Assembly (NCBI GenBank): GCA_965262775.1
Contig: CBDHFT010000006.1
Coordinates: 179,883 to 243,882 of the forward strand
Length of the DNA stretch: 64,000 bases
Origin: Alphaproteobacteria bacterium
Lineage (GTDB): Bacteria > Pseudomonadota > Alphaproteobacteria > JASGCL01
Direction of reading: 5' to 3'
Shown one piece after another: positions 10,214 through 20,183 of this stretch. The translations under genes and the position numbers were made by a program. The notes under the pieces were generated by a model. The model was not told where the DNA came from. It saw nothing but the letters and a program-made list of their open reading frames with translations, and ran no database searches. How positions within the stretch are numbered: the stretch's first letter is position 1; each line of letters starts with the position of its first letter.

Positions 10214-10798
10214 ATGAAAAAAATAACTTATTTTCTATCCGTTGTCATGATTGCTTTGTTATTGGCAATCGCGAGCCAGCCACAAAAAGCCAAGGCTGAA
10301 TTTTACGGCGATATTAACGCCGAATTTGCTATCGCGGGCAATACCAATTTGGTGCCACGCATCGGCGGCGGGGTGACATTTGATTTGGGTTACATCATTG
10401 GTAACAATCGTTTTTTTATTAACAGTGGGGTTCATTACCTTTCTGGCAAACCCGCCGATTATGATATTCTGCGTCATCGCTACCAATTGTTTTCCTTCGT
10501 GCATGTGCCGCTAACTTTAAATTATGGCATCGTGCTGAATGCTGGGCGCGTTTCTTTCATCCCCTCGCTTGGCTTTGGTTACAGTTTCACGACCATGTAT
10601 GGCTATGATATAGAAACCGATGGTCGCGCGCTTCCGTTCCCTGCCCATAGTTTTATTGTCAGCCCCAAATTGCAAATCATGTATAATTTTAGTGACAAAA
10701 CATCGATAGGGGCAACCTTTGGCGGTAATGTTTTTGCGTCGGAATTTTTAAAATTCACCTACATGGTGGTGGGTTTTACCGCCAGCACAAAATTTTAA
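10214..10798 (+). CDS. Small outer-membrane beta-barrel protein (OmpW/OmpA-like fold)
   Basis: Signal peptide with AxA cleavage site (KAKA-EF). Alternating hydrophobic beta-strand pattern. C-terminal Phe, as is typical for the OMP beta-signal. Confidence 0.6.
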   Translation: MKKITYFLSVVMIALLLAIASQPQKAKAEFYGDINAEFAIAGNTNLVPRIGGGVTFDLGYIIGNNRFFINSGVHYLSGKPADYDILRHRYQLFSFVHVPLTLNYGIVLNAGRVSFIPSLGFGYSFTTMYGYDIETDGRALPFPAHSFIVSPKLQIMYNFSDKTSIGATFGGNVFASEFLKFTYMVVGFTASTKF

Positions 10799-10803
10799 GT
10801 TAT

Positions 10804-11394
10804 TTATTTCTCAATAATATAACAAGTATTCAACGCGCCAGCGCGCTCGACCCGATATTTCTTTGGTATAATTTTTTCCATATCAACCGATTGAAAACCC
10901 AAGGCGCGGGTTAAGGGATTTAACGAATGAGCCAATTTGCTTTTGCGGGTGTTAACATACAACATGATTTTGCCGCCTGGCTTCAAATGCTGCAATGCTA
11001 ATTTCAAAAAAGCATCGGGGTGCGGCAAAACGGAAATAACATGCACCAGCACAATAATATCAACTTTTTTAGTTTTTTTTAATATATCTTCGGCGTAACC
11101 AATTAAAAATTCTGGGGCATTTTTTTTCATCATATTGGGTAAATATTTTTTTACCCGCCGCTCTGCAACCTTCAACGCCAAACGGTCGGGCTCAGAAAAA
11201 ATAAATCTATTTTTATTTTTCTCACCAAGATATTTTATGTAAGGGCCCACGCCCGTGCCAATATCCAAAATAGTTAGGTCATGATTTTTTCTGGTAAAAT
11301 CTGCAAAATGTTCATAGCTGCTTTTTTGCCACAACCCCCAGGTAAAAGAATAAACGGGGCGCCATAAAGTCCAAACATTAAAACCAAATATCAT
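10804..11394 (-). CDS. Class I SAM-dependent methyltransferase
   Basis: Motif I is ILDIGTGVGPY. A later segment LKPGGKIML is typical of the Rossmann-fold MTase family. Confidence 0.7.
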   Translation of the reverse strand: MIFGFNVWTLWRPVYSFTWGLWQKSSYEHFADFTRKNHDLTILDIGTGVGPYIKYLGEKNKNRFIFSEPDRLALKVAERRVKKYLPNMMKKNAPEFLIGYAEDILKKTKKVDIIVLVHVISVLPHPDAFLKLALQHLKPGGKIMLYVNTRKSKLAHSLNPLTRALGFQSVDMEKIIPKKYRVERAGALNTCYIIEK

Positions 11395-11476
11395 GCGCGC
11401 GACATTAGCAAATTATAGCTCAATCACCAAACAAAAAATTACCTTGCTTTTTGCTCATAATAGCCTTAAAGCATTT

Positions 11477-11505
11477 TTGACCAAGCTTTTTGTAAATTCT
11501 ATGAA
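11477..11505 (+). promoter_or_regulatory. Putative sigma70 promoter for tRNA-Pro (TTGACC, 17-bp spacer, TATGAA)
   Basis: -35 TTGACC at 11477-11482 and -10 TATGAA at 11500-11505, about 15 nt upstream of the tRNA 5' end. Confidence 0.35.
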
Positions 11506-11519
11506 CGCACAAAAAATGG

Positions 11520-11596
<77 letters not shown>

Positions 11597-11626
11597 CCTA
11601 CTAAAAATATAGTATAAATAAAAAAA

Positions 11627-12610
11627 ATGTTAGAGGCTTTCTTTTCTATTTTTCCCATTTTAGCTTTGGTGCTGTCTGGCTTTCTTATTGGTCGCATGGT
11701 GCGCAAACCAAAGGAAGAATTGAGCGATCATTATATGTTGCTCGACAGGTTTATTTTTTATGTTTTGGCCCCTGCTTTCTTCTTCTTCACCATCGCCAAT
11801 GGCAACATCGATGCTATTGTTAACTTTCCCTATTTTTTGGCGTTGATTGCCAGCCAATTTATTATGATGGGACTGGCGCTTATTATCACGGGCAATTTTT
11901 TTAAAGAACCATTCGGCGAAAGGATGCTGCATAGTTTATCTTCCAGTTTTCCCAATGTCTTGTTCGTTGGCTTCCCCATTATGATAGCGGTTTTTGGCGA
12001 GCAGGGCATTATGCCCGCTATCCAGGCCGTGTTCATTCAGCAGGCTATCATCATGCCGATATTGCTATCGACCCTGCAATTTGATTTGGCCGTCAGGCGC
12101 GGCTTTAGCCATGGCAATGTGCACACCACGATTATAGAAATTGTTCGTGCTGGCCTGTCGGTTATTAAAAATCCTATTTTGCTGTCGATATTGGCGGGTG
12201 TTTGTTTTTCTTATTTTGATTGGGAAATGCCAAAACCCCTGACCAATTTTTTTAATTTGGCGAACGGTGCTTTGAACGCCGTGGCCTTGTTTGCGATTGG
12301 CGTTTTTATGGCGCAAACAAAATTTGTTTATAAATTGGTGGTGGCGCAAGAAAGTTGGTGGGTGGTGATATTAAAAATTATTGTTATGCCATTGTTAAGT
12401 TGGTTGATTGTGACCTTGGCCTTTTCTTATTTGGATTCCGTACATGCCGCCGCGGTGGTTATTATTGCCGCCCTGCCCACCGCTGGTTCTATCATGTTGT
12501 TGGCCCATCATTTTTCTATCAGGAAAAAACGCACGATGTTAGAATATCATTTAACCAGCTTGGTTTCGGTCGTAACTTTAAGTATTATCCTTGCCTATTA
12601 CCTTAACTAG
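11627..12610 (+). CDS. AEC-family (auxin efflux carrier / malate permease-like) membrane transporter
   Basis: 327 aa with about 10 TM segments. Two-repeat architecture with short N- and C-terminal helical bundles typical of AEC transporters. Confidence 0.7.
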   Translation: MLEAFFSIFPILALVLSGFLIGRMVRKPKEELSDHYMLLDRFIFYVLAPAFFFFTIANGNIDAIVNFPYFLALIASQFIMMGLALIITGNFFKEPFGERMLHSLSSSFPNVLFVGFPIMIAVFGEQGIMPAIQAVFIQQAIIMPILLSTLQFDLAVRRGFSHGNVHTTIIEIVRAGLSVIKNPILLSILAGVCFSYFDWEMPKPLTNFFNLANGALNAVALFAIGVFMAQTKFVYKLVVAQESWWVVILKIIVMPLLSWLIVTLAFSYLDSVHAAAVVIIAALPTAGSIMLLAHHFSIRKKRTMLEYHLTSLVSVVTLSIILAYYLN

Positions 12611-12658
12611 TTATCCTCATCACATGGCTGGCTAAGTATTTTTAATGAAAGGCGGCGC

Positions 12659-12994
12659 ATGATAAGAAAAAGCAATTTACAATCGATGGAGGGGCTCGTC
12701 AAAAAAATGGCGCGGCTTTACCTTGGCCGTGCGGGCATGGTGGCGATGGATATAAGCAAATATTGGCGAGAGGTGGTTGGCGAAGAATTTTATCAGACAG
12801 TATTTTTTCAGAAAGTTTCTTTTCCTATAAAAAAAAACCTCCAACAAAAAAACAATGGCGTGTTGATGGTGATTTGTAATCCCGCGGTGGCGCATTTGAT
12901 AAAGTTTGAAGAAAAAAATATTTTACAACGCGCCAATCGCTACTTTGGTTATCCTGCCCTTGGGCGTATTCATGTTAAGCAACGAAACACATGA
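12659..12994 (+). CDS. DUF721 (DciA-like) small protein
   Basis: W.EVVGEE...T.P....NGVLMV.C....A.HL.KF.E..IL...N...G...L..I.V matches the DUF721 consensus: W..ivG..l...t.P..l..g.L.V.v.s..wa.eL......il..ln..lg...v..i.f. Confidence 0.5.
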   Translation: MIRKSNLQSMEGLVKKMARLYLGRAGMVAMDISKYWREVVGEEFYQTVFFQKVSFPIKKNLQQKNNGVLMVICNPAVAHLIKFEEKNILQRANRYFGYPALGRIHVKQRNT

Positions 12995-13734
12995 AAAATT
13001 TTATCTTACTTACATTATTCCCTGAAATGTTTCCTGGTGCCTTGGCCCATTCGGTTATCGGCAATGCACTTGGTTCGTTGTGGAATTACCACGCCATCAA
13101 TTTGCGCGATTTTGCCGACAACAAACATAATCGGGTCGATGACGAACCGTTCGGCGGCGGCGCGGGCATGGTTATAAGGGCGGAGGTTGCCTTTAACGCG
13201 GTCGAGGCTGCCCTGCGCCCCCACCCCAACGCCCGCGTTGTTCATTTGACGCCGCGTGGGGAATTATTAACCCCCGCCATAGCAAAATATTTGGCGGCAG
13301 GAACGGAGCAGGGGAGCAACAGCGAAGAAAATATAATATTGATATGCGGCCGTTACGAGGCCATCGACCAGCGATTTGTGGATTATTATAATCAGCAACA
13401 CCCCGATAACCCGATGATGGAGATTAGCATTGGTGATTATGTTTTGTCGGGCGGTGAATTGGCCGCGATGGTGTTGATGGATAGTATTTTGCGTTTTGTG
13501 CCAGGTATATTAGGCAAAGAAGAAAGCCACGAAGAGGAAAGCCACGAGGCTGGGTTGTTGGAACATCACCATTATACCCGCCCCGCCGAATGGCGCGGAT
13601 TAAAAGTTCCAGAAATTCTCTTGACAGGCAACCATAAAAAGATTAAAGAGTTTCGTCAGGCTGAAGCAGAAAATATAACGAAGCAACGACGCCCTGACAT
13701 CTTGAAAAAACAAATAACCGACAAAAAAAATTGA
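12991..13734 (+). CDS. trmD: tRNA (guanine37-N1)-methyltransferase TrmD
   Basis: [27 protein letters not shown] and [13 protein letters not shown] are conserved SPOUT/TrmD motifs. Confidence 0.95.
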   Translation: MKNFILLTLFPEMFPGALAHSVIGNALGSLWNYHAINLRDFADNKHNRVDDEPFGGGAGMVIRAEVAFNAVEAALRPHPNARVVHLTPRGELLTPAIAKYLAAGTEQGSNSEENIILICGRYEAIDQRFVDYYNQQHPDNPMMEISIGDYVLSGGELAAMVLMDSILRFVPGILGKEESHEEESHEAGLLEHHHYTRPAEWRGLKVPEILLTGNHKKIKEFRQAEAENITKQRRPDILKKQITDKKN

Positions 13735-14291
13735 GAAATACCATGATGAATTCATTTTCCAGCGTTTTAGCTGATAATTTAAAAAAAGCTAAACAAGCTA
13801 AAAAATCCCCCACCTTTCGTCCGGGCGATACATTGCGGGTTGAGGTGAAGGTTGTCGAAGGCGACAAGTCGCGGTTGCAGGCTTTTGAAGGGATTTGCAT
13901 TGCCCGTAAAAATGCTGGCATCGGTTCTTCTTTCACGGTGCGCAAATTATCCTATGGCGAAGGTGTGGAAAGAACTTTCCCGCTTTTTAGCCCGATGGTC
14001 GATTCGGTTGAGGTTGTTCGCATGGGCAAAGTGCGTCGCGCCAAATTATATTATTTGAAGGGTCGCAAAGGGAAATCAGCACGCATCGCCGAAGAATTTC
14101 GTTCGGTGCTAGCCATGAAGGGTGATGAGATTGCCACGGCGGCGCATATCAGCGAAGAAAAAATAGCCGAGGTCATAGCCAAACCCGAAGCAGTTGTTGA
14201 AGCAAAGCCCGAAGTTAAAAACGAAGCACCAACCCAAGCGGTTGCTGCTGACGCTCCCGATGCTGTTGCCAAAGACGAGCAAAAATCATAA
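13731..14291 (+). CDS. rplS: 50S ribosomal protein L19 with an Ala/Glu/Lys-rich C-terminal extension
   Basis: [16 protein letters not shown]...[38 protein letters not shown] is the L19 core. It follows trmD. The C-terminal ~70 aa is a low-complexity extension. Confidence 0.9.
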   Translation: MRNTMMNSFSSVLADNLKKAKQAKKSPTFRPGDTLRVEVKVVEGDKSRLQAFEGICIARKNAGIGSSFTVRKLSYGEGVERTFPLFSPMVDSVEVVRMGKVRRAKLYYLKGRKGKSARIAEEFRSVLAMKGDEIATAAHISEEKIAEVIAKPEAVVEAKPEVKNEAPTQAVAADAPDAVAKDEQKS

Positions 14292-14416
14292 ATTATTTTG
14301 TTGAATGGGGTCAAGCGAAGCATAGGCCGCGCCCATACTTCTTACATGGCTATTCATGCCCAAGTATAAAAATGCTAACAATTTGTAATGGCTGGGGACT
14401 CCTGCTATAAAATATC

Positions 14417-15247
14417 ATGACCGCCGTTTATAATATAAAATCTATCAAGGGAATGACCATAGGCAATGATTTGCCTTTTATATTGATAGCGGGGCCTTGC
14501 GTTTTGGAATCGGAAAAACATGCCTTGACCATGTCGGTGGCTATCCAAAAAATTTGTGACAAATTAAAAATCCCGCTTATTTATAAAACAAGTTTTGACA
14601 AGGCCAATCGGTCTTCTATCGAATCCAGCCGCGGTTTGAATTTTGATGAATCGCTAAAAATTTTTTCTAAAATCAAGGCCGCGACGGGCCTGCCGCTGCT
14701 GACCGATTATCATGAAAAGGAGCAGGCGGCGCAAGTAGCCGACGTGGTTGATGTGTTGCAAGTGCCCGCGTTTTTATGCCGCCAAACCGACCTGTTGCTG
14801 GCGGGTGGCAAAACGGGCAAGCCGATGAATGTCAAAAAAGGTCAATTCCTGGCCCCCGAAGACATGGCGAATGTGGTGAGCAAAATTGAAAGCACGGGCA
14901 ACCAAGATATTATGTTGTGCGAACGCGGGGTGAGTTTTGGCTATCGCACCTTGGTGAATGATTTTCGCAGCCTGCCCATCATGGCCAAAACTGGCAAACC
15001 CGTGATTTTTGACGCCACCCATTCGGTGCAAAGCCCTGGCGGGCTTGGCAAAACATCGGGGGGGCAACGCGAATTTGTGTTCGACCTGGCGCGGGCCGCG
15101 GTTGCCGTGGGGGTGGCGGGATTATTTATGGAAGTTCATGAAGATCCTGACAAAGCCCCGTCCGATGGACCCAACATGATAAAGTTGTCTGATTTAGAAA
15201 ATATCTTGCAGAAATTGCAAGAGATTGATAGGGTAATAAAAAAATAG
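14417..15247 (+). CDS. kdsA: 3-deoxy-8-phosphooctulonate (KDO8P) synthase
   Basis: FILIAGPCVLES, LIYKTSFDKANRSS, VLQVPAFLCRQTDLL and IFDATHSVQ are conserved across KdsA. Confidence 0.95.
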   Translation: MTAVYNIKSIKGMTIGNDLPFILIAGPCVLESEKHALTMSVAIQKICDKLKIPLIYKTSFDKANRSSIESSRGLNFDESLKIFSKIKAATGLPLLTDYHEKEQAAQVADVVDVLQVPAFLCRQTDLLLAGGKTGKPMNVKKGQFLAPEDMANVVSKIESTGNQDIMLCERGVSFGYRTLVNDFRSLPIMAKTGKPVIFDATHSVQSPGGLGKTSGGQREFVFDLARAAVAVGVAGLFMEVHEDPDKAPSDGPNMIKLSDLENILQKLQEIDRVIKK

Positions 15248-15256
15248 AAAAGAACG

Positions 15257-16564
15257 ATGGCTAAAAAAATATTTGACCTTCATGCCGATGGCTCGGCGAT
15301 TGTAGAAATTTTACCGCTTGAGGTTTTGGATAGCCGCGGCAACCCGACGCTGCAGGTTACGGTAAAATTATTAAGCGGCGCGGTGGGCGTGGCGTTGGTG
15401 CCATCGGGCGCGTCAACTGGTAAACATGAGGCCGTGGAATGGCGCGACGGCGATAAAAAAAGATTTGGCGGCAAAGGGTTGCTGGAACCATGTGAAAAAA
15501 TTAAAGGCGAAGTGAGTGATTTGTTGTTGGGGCAGCAGGCGGGCGACCAATTGCGATTGGATAAATTATTGTTGGCGTTGGATGGCAGCGACAACAAAAA
15601 AATCTTGGGTGCCAATACCATTTTGGCGGTGTCGCTGGCTATCGCCCGTGCGGCGGCGGCGCATTACGGCTTGCCGCTTTATCGTTATCTTGGTGGAACC
15701 ACGGCGCATTTGTTGCCCGTGCCCATGATGAACATCATCAACGGTGGCATGCACGCCGATAACAATTTGGATATTCAAGAATTCATGATTATGCCCGTTG
15801 GTTTTCAAAAATTTTCTGATGGTTTGCGGGCGGGGGTTGAAATATTCCATAGCTTGCGATCCATTTTAAAAAGCAAAAAGCTTAATACCAATGTCGGCGA
15901 TGAAGGGGGTTTCGCGCCCGATATCGCTAGCGCGGAGGAGGCCTTGGCTTTGATAGGCGAAGCGGTCAAGTCGGCGGGATACAAAGAAGGCAAAGAAATT
16001 TTTTATGCACTAGATTGTGCCAGCACCGAATTTTTTAAAGATGGCGTTTATGATATGATGGGCATGAAGAAAAAAATGTCCAGCGCGCAATTAACCGATT
16101 ACCTGGCTGGCTTATGTAACAACTTCTCCATTATTTCTATCGAAGACGGCATGGCCGAAGACGATTTGGCGGGATGGGAAATATTGACAAAACGCCTGGG
16201 CGATAAGGTGCAATTGGTTGGCGATGATTTGTTTGTTACCAACCCCAAAAGATTGCAAATGGGCATTGATAAAAATTTAGCCAATGCTTTGTTGGTGAAG
16301 GTGAACCAGATAGGAAGCCTGAGCGAAACCCTGGAGGCGGTCAACATGGCGCATCGCAATCATTACCTTGCCGTTATGTCGCACCGTTCGGGCGAAACCG
16401 AAGATACCACGATAGCCGACTTGGCGGTTGCAACCGCTTGCGGCCAAATTAAAACGGGCGCGCCCAGCCGCGGCGAACGCACCGCAAAATATAATCGCTT
16501 GCTGGCCATCGAACAGGAATTGGGGCATGAGGCTGTCTACGCTGGTAAAATGATATTAAAGTAG
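15257..16564 (+). CDS. eno: Enolase
   Basis: [55 protein letters not shown] and [10 protein letters not shown] are characteristic. Confidence 0.97.
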   Translation: MAKKIFDLHADGSAIVEILPLEVLDSRGNPTLQVTVKLLSGAVGVALVPSGASTGKHEAVEWRDGDKKRFGGKGLLEPCEKIKGEVSDLLLGQQAGDQLRLDKLLLALDGSDNKKILGANTILAVSLAIARAAAAHYGLPLYRYLGGTTAHLLPVPMMNIINGGMHADNNLDIQEFMIMPVGFQKFSDGLRAGVEIFHSLRSILKSKKLNTNVGDEGGFAPDIASAEEALALIGEAVKSAGYKEGKEIFYALDCASTEFFKDGVYDMMGMKKKMSSAQLTDYLAGLCNNFSIISIEDGMAEDDLAGWEILTKRLGDKVQLVGDDLFVTNPKRLQMGIDKNLANALLVKVNQIGSLSETLEAVNMAHRNHYLAVMSHRSGETEDTTIADLAVATACGQIKTGAPSRGERTAKYNRLLAIEQELGHEAVYAGKMILK

Positions 16565-16603
16565 GGTAGAATGGTCATCGAAGGATAATAATAAAAAATA
16601 ATC

Positions 16604-16729
16604 ATGCCGCTTAACAAAACCCATAAAAAAAATTTGCAAGTTATAAAAAAAGAAAAACTGGCCGATGCCTTGCGGGCTAACCTACGCAATCGCAAAAGGC
16701 AACAACAATTGCGAGAGAAGAAATCTTAA
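16604..16729 (+). CDS. Possible 41-aa basic small protein (DUF4169-like), not in the ORF track
   Basis: ATG at 16604 gives [41 protein letters not shown]. The Arg/Lys-rich coiled pattern resembles small alphaproteobacterial DUF4169 proteins. It fills the eno-dcd gap. Confidence 0.25.
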   Translation: MPLNKTHKKNLQVIKKEKLADALRANLRNRKRQQQLREKKS

Positions 16730-16733
16730 ACCC

Positions 16734-17294
16734 ATGTCTTTGCAACCCGATAAATGGATAAAACAAGAAGCCGCCAAGGGCATGATAGAGCCCTTCGTCG
16801 ATGGTCAAGTGCGCGAGGTTCAGGGTAAAAAAATTATTTCCTACGGCTTATCATCCTTCGGTTATGACGCGCGGGTCGCCAACGAATTTCTTATTTTTAC
16901 CAATGTCGACAGCGTTACCGTTGACCCTAAAAACTTTGAAGACAATGCTTTTGTAAAAAGGCAAACCGATGTTTGTATTATTCCGCCCAATAGTTTCGCC
17001 CTGGCCCGCACCGTGGAATATTTTAAAATTCCAGAAGATGTGTTGGTGATTTGCTTGGGGAAGAGCACCTACGCCCGTTGCGGCATTATTGTTAATGTTA
17101 CCCCGCTGGAGCCAGGTTGGGAAGGGCATGTGACTTTGGAATTTTCTAACACCACGCCCTTGCCCGCCAAAATTTATGCGGGCGAAGGGGTTTGCCAATT
17201 TTTATTCTTGCGGGGCGAAAAGCCCGAGGTTTCTTATAAAACGCGCGGCGGCAAATACATGGGGCAACGCGGCGTTACCTTACCCAAACTTTAA
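16734..17294 (+). CDS. dcd: dCTP deaminase
   Basis: MSLQPDKWI start. FGYD.R....[56 protein letters not shown]. Confidence 0.9.
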   Translation: MSLQPDKWIKQEAAKGMIEPFVDGQVREVQGKKIISYGLSSFGYDARVANEFLIFTNVDSVTVDPKNFEDNAFVKRQTDVCIIPPNSFALARTVEYFKIPEDVLVICLGKSTYARCGIIVNVTPLEPGWEGHVTLEFSNTTPLPAKIYAGEGVCQFLFLRGEKPEVSYKTRGGKYMGQRGVTLPKL

Positions 17295-17306
17295 AATAAT
17301 TTTTTT

Positions 17307-18839
17307 TTACAGTTGCGTCGCGGGCAACTTGATAGGATAACGTTTGCGCAATTCAACATCCAAGGCTGGGTCAATGAAGGAATGCGGCGGCATGGCAAGA
17401 ATTTTTTCTTTGATGGCGCGCGCCTTTTCCAAAGCGGTTGGCTTGTTATTGGCTTCCCATTCTTTGGGTGATGAGCGGTCAAAGGTTTTGGGATAAAAAT
17501 AATCCTTTTGCATAACGCGTAAAGTTTGGTCGGCCCCCAAGAAATGCCCTGGGCCGTCGATGCAAACCGAACGGATGGTGTCTAAACTCAATAATTCTTC
17601 GGTGACCTCTATGCCACGAATGATACGGCTGGTCGAACCCAAAACATCATTGTCCAATATCAAACTTTCCAAGCAGAACCCGAGCAAACTGGCGTGCATG
17701 CCCGCCGATTCGTAAACCAAATTAGCCCCCGATTGCGCCACAATGGCGTGGTTATAGGCCTTTTCTGCGCCAGCCTGGTAATCAGGAATTTTTGAATCGG
17801 CCATGCCCGAAGCAACGGCGTTGATAAGCCCAAGATGCCTGCCAATTTCTGCTACGCCAGCCATCAACAATGATTGTTCGGCCGAACCGCCGCTCATGGC
17901 GCCCGTGCGCAGGTCGCTAACAAATGGCCAAGCACCAAACATGGCGGGTGCCCCTGGCTTCACGGCGTTAACATAAAATAATCCCGCCAAAACTTCGGCG
18001 GCGGATAGGGTTACCGAGCCCACCAAGGTGGCGGGGCTGGTCGCACCCGCCTGGCCCGCTGATATTAATAAAATAGGCATGCCTTCCAACGCGGCGCGTT
18101 CCAAGCAACGGCAGGCATCTTGCGCAAATTTTAATGGCGGCACCACAAAGCAACAGGATTGCGACACGAAAGGACGCGCCAGCCATTGTTCTTTGCCACC
18201 CGCAATTTCATGCAACATGGCCAAGGATAAATCAAAATGTTTGGTATCAACCCACGAAGTGCCAACATGTTTGCGCGAACCGCGCACCGAGGCATAGCAG
18301 GTGTTAAAATCCATATCCAATGGGTCGGGCAAGTCACGTGGCACCAACGAGCGTTGATAAAAATGGATGTTATCCATGTGGTCGCAGATTTTGGATGAAT
18401 GATAAAGATCTTCCAACACCGATTCGCGATATTCGTTGGTTAGGGCGTCGACCATATGCACCGCGGCACCCGCCGTGCCGTAATAAACGCGGTCATCGTA
18501 GGGGTCTAAATCCCATTCGGGGTCCAAGCCAAATAATGTAAATTTTTTATTGGCAACGGCAAGCATATCCAGCACCGCATTTTTGGGGAAACAAAGACGG
18601 TTATTTTTAACAACCGCGCCTATTTTTTGGCAATATTCTATGGTCGAGGGTAAGGCCTCGGCAAAGCCGATATTTTCCAATATGTTTAGAGCGCTTTCGA
18701 CAATTTTTGATCTTTCTTCGGCGGTAAATAATTTTAAACGCCCCGATTTCATGCCACGCCAAATGGGTTGCAGGTCGGTTTGTAAGGGGGCTTGTCTTGC
18801 GGCAACGCGCGATGCGCGGCCGCCCATTCTTAGTGACAT
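17307..18839 (-). CDS. MttB-superfamily methyltransferase without pyrrolysine (glycine-betaine/quaternary-amine:corrinoid methyltransferase-like, MtgB-type)
   Basis: 510-aa uninterrupted ORF with a TIM-barrel MttB fold. A long collinear region (ILENIGF...HMVDAL...SGGSAEQSLLMAGVAEIGRHLGL...YESAGMHASLLG) is typical of trimethylamine-methyltransferase-family proteins. There is no in-frame amber codon. Confidence 0.75.
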   Translation of the reverse strand: MSLRMGGRASRVAARQAPLQTDLQPIWRGMKSGRLKLFTAEERSKIVESALNILENIGFAEALPSTIEYCQKIGAVVKNNRLCFPKNAVLDMLAVANKKFTLFGLDPEWDLDPYDDRVYYGTAGAAVHMVDALTNEYRESVLEDLYHSSKICDHMDNIHFYQRSLVPRDLPDPLDMDFNTCYASVRGSRKHVGTSWVDTKHFDLSLAMLHEIAGGKEQWLARPFVSQSCCFVVPPLKFAQDACRCLERAALEGMPILLISAGQAGATSPATLVGSVTLSAAEVLAGLFYVNAVKPGAPAMFGAWPFVSDLRTGAMSGGSAEQSLLMAGVAEIGRHLGLINAVASGMADSKIPDYQAGAEKAYNHAIVAQSGANLVYESAGMHASLLGFCLESLILDNDVLGSTSRIIRGIEVTEELLSLDTIRSVCIDGPGHFLGADQTLRVMQKDYFYPKTFDRSSPKEWEANNKPTALEKARAIKEKILAMPPHSFIDPALDVELRKRYPIKLPATQL

Positions 18840-19027
18840 GATAAAATCCCTCTCTTTTTTAATTTGCTACTGTATTATTTTTTACAATAATAATATATTA
18901 AAATTACATATTACCAATTAGTGCGATTCGAGCTTACTACCCAAACTATAATTAATTTAATACATTTAGGGTGGCTCGTCAATAAAATTCTTGTTTCTAT
19001 CAATAAATAATATTTAAAAAACAAGAT

Positions 19028-20182
19028 TTATTGCGCAAAAATAAATAGGCCTTTTTTTTCTATCACCGCCCGCACTTTATCCCCAACCTTAAAACGCCGC
19101 GGGTTGGCATGGTCGGTAAGCAAACGACTATGAATATGGAACGGGGTGTTGGGCGATGTATTGTCGGTATAGGCATCGTTATGGCATTGCCAATGGATGA
19201 GCAGGTGATTGCCCAAAAACCTTACCTCCACCACTTCGCCTGTTATCTCGCTGGCTATTTTTGTTGCTGTGGTTTTTTTTATTTCTTCTCCCATGCTAAG
19301 ATTGATAAGGTCGATGGCGTCCGCCCTTATAACCACCTCAACCATTTTGTTGCCAGCGTCTTTTGTTAAGGTTTCGGACGACAATGTGCCAAGCGGGGTT
19401 ACGACCTTTCCTTGGCTCACAACGCCTGCAAAACGATTAACCTCCCCAAATACTGACGCAACGAAGGGACTTTTGGGATGATAATATAGGTCGAGGGGTT
19501 GGCCTTGCTGTTGTAATTTTTGTTCGTGCAATATGGCCATGGTGTCGCTCATGAACATGGCTTCCTCCGCCGAGTGCGTAACCAATAGGGTGGCGATTTT
19601 GTTTTCTTCTAAAAAATGGAGGAGCCAATCGCGCAACTCATCGCGCACCCGTTCGTTAAGCGATGAAAAGGGCTCATCCATCAATATTAATTTGGAGCCT
19701 GGCGCCAAGGCACGCGCCAAGGCCACCCGCTGTTGTTCGCCACCCGACAATTGGTGGGGGTAACGATCGAACAGCTGCTCTAAGCCAACTTTTTTCAATA
19801 AATTCTGCACCAAAGATTTTTTATCAAGCGCGGTTAATTGTCGATTGCGTTGGATGCCGAAAGCAATATTGTCATAAACATTCAAATGGGGAAACAATGC
19901 GATGTCTTGAAACAACAGCCCCAAACCGCGTTGTTCGGGCGGTAAAACAAAACGCTGGTCCGAAACCAATTCGCCGTTGATGAAAATTTGTCCGCTGGTT
20001 GGTTTTTCTAAACCCAGGGCCAAGCGCAATATGGTGGTTTTGCCCGACCCCGAAGGCCCAAGCAAAGACATGACGCTGTTGCTGGGCACCGAAAAAGATA
20101 CGCCCTGTAATATTTTTTCTTTACCGTTGGATTTGCGATAAGAAAAATGGACATCGCGAAATTCTAAAATATTTTTTGCCAT
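19028..20182 (-). CDS. fbpC: ABC transporter ATP-binding protein, Fe3+/polyamine type, with a C-terminal TOBE domain
   Basis: Walker A GPSGSGKTT, Q-loop, signature LSGGEQQRVALARAL, Walker B LILMDEPFSSLD-like and H-loop. The C-terminal ~120 aa form a TOBE/MOP-like domain. Confidence 0.9.
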   Translation of the reverse strand: MAKNILEFRDVHFSYRKSNGKEKILQGVSFSVPSNSVMSLLGPSGSGKTTILRLALGLEKPTSGQIFINGELVSDQRFVLPPEQRGLGLLFQDIALFPHLNVYDNIAFGIQRNRQLTALDKKSLVQNLLKKVGLEQLFDRYPHQLSGGEQQRVALARALAPGSKLILMDEPFSSLNERVRDELRDWLLHFLEENKIATLLVTHSAEEAMFMSDTMAILHEQKLQQQGQPLDLYYHPKSPFVASVFGEVNRFAGVVSQGKVVTPLGTLSSETLTKDAGNKMVEVVIRADAIDLINLSMGEEIKKTTATKIASEITGEVVEVRFLGNHLLIHWQCHNDAYTDNTSPNTPFHIHSRLLTDHANPRRFKVGDKVRAVIEKKGLFIFAQ

Positions 20183-20183
20183 C

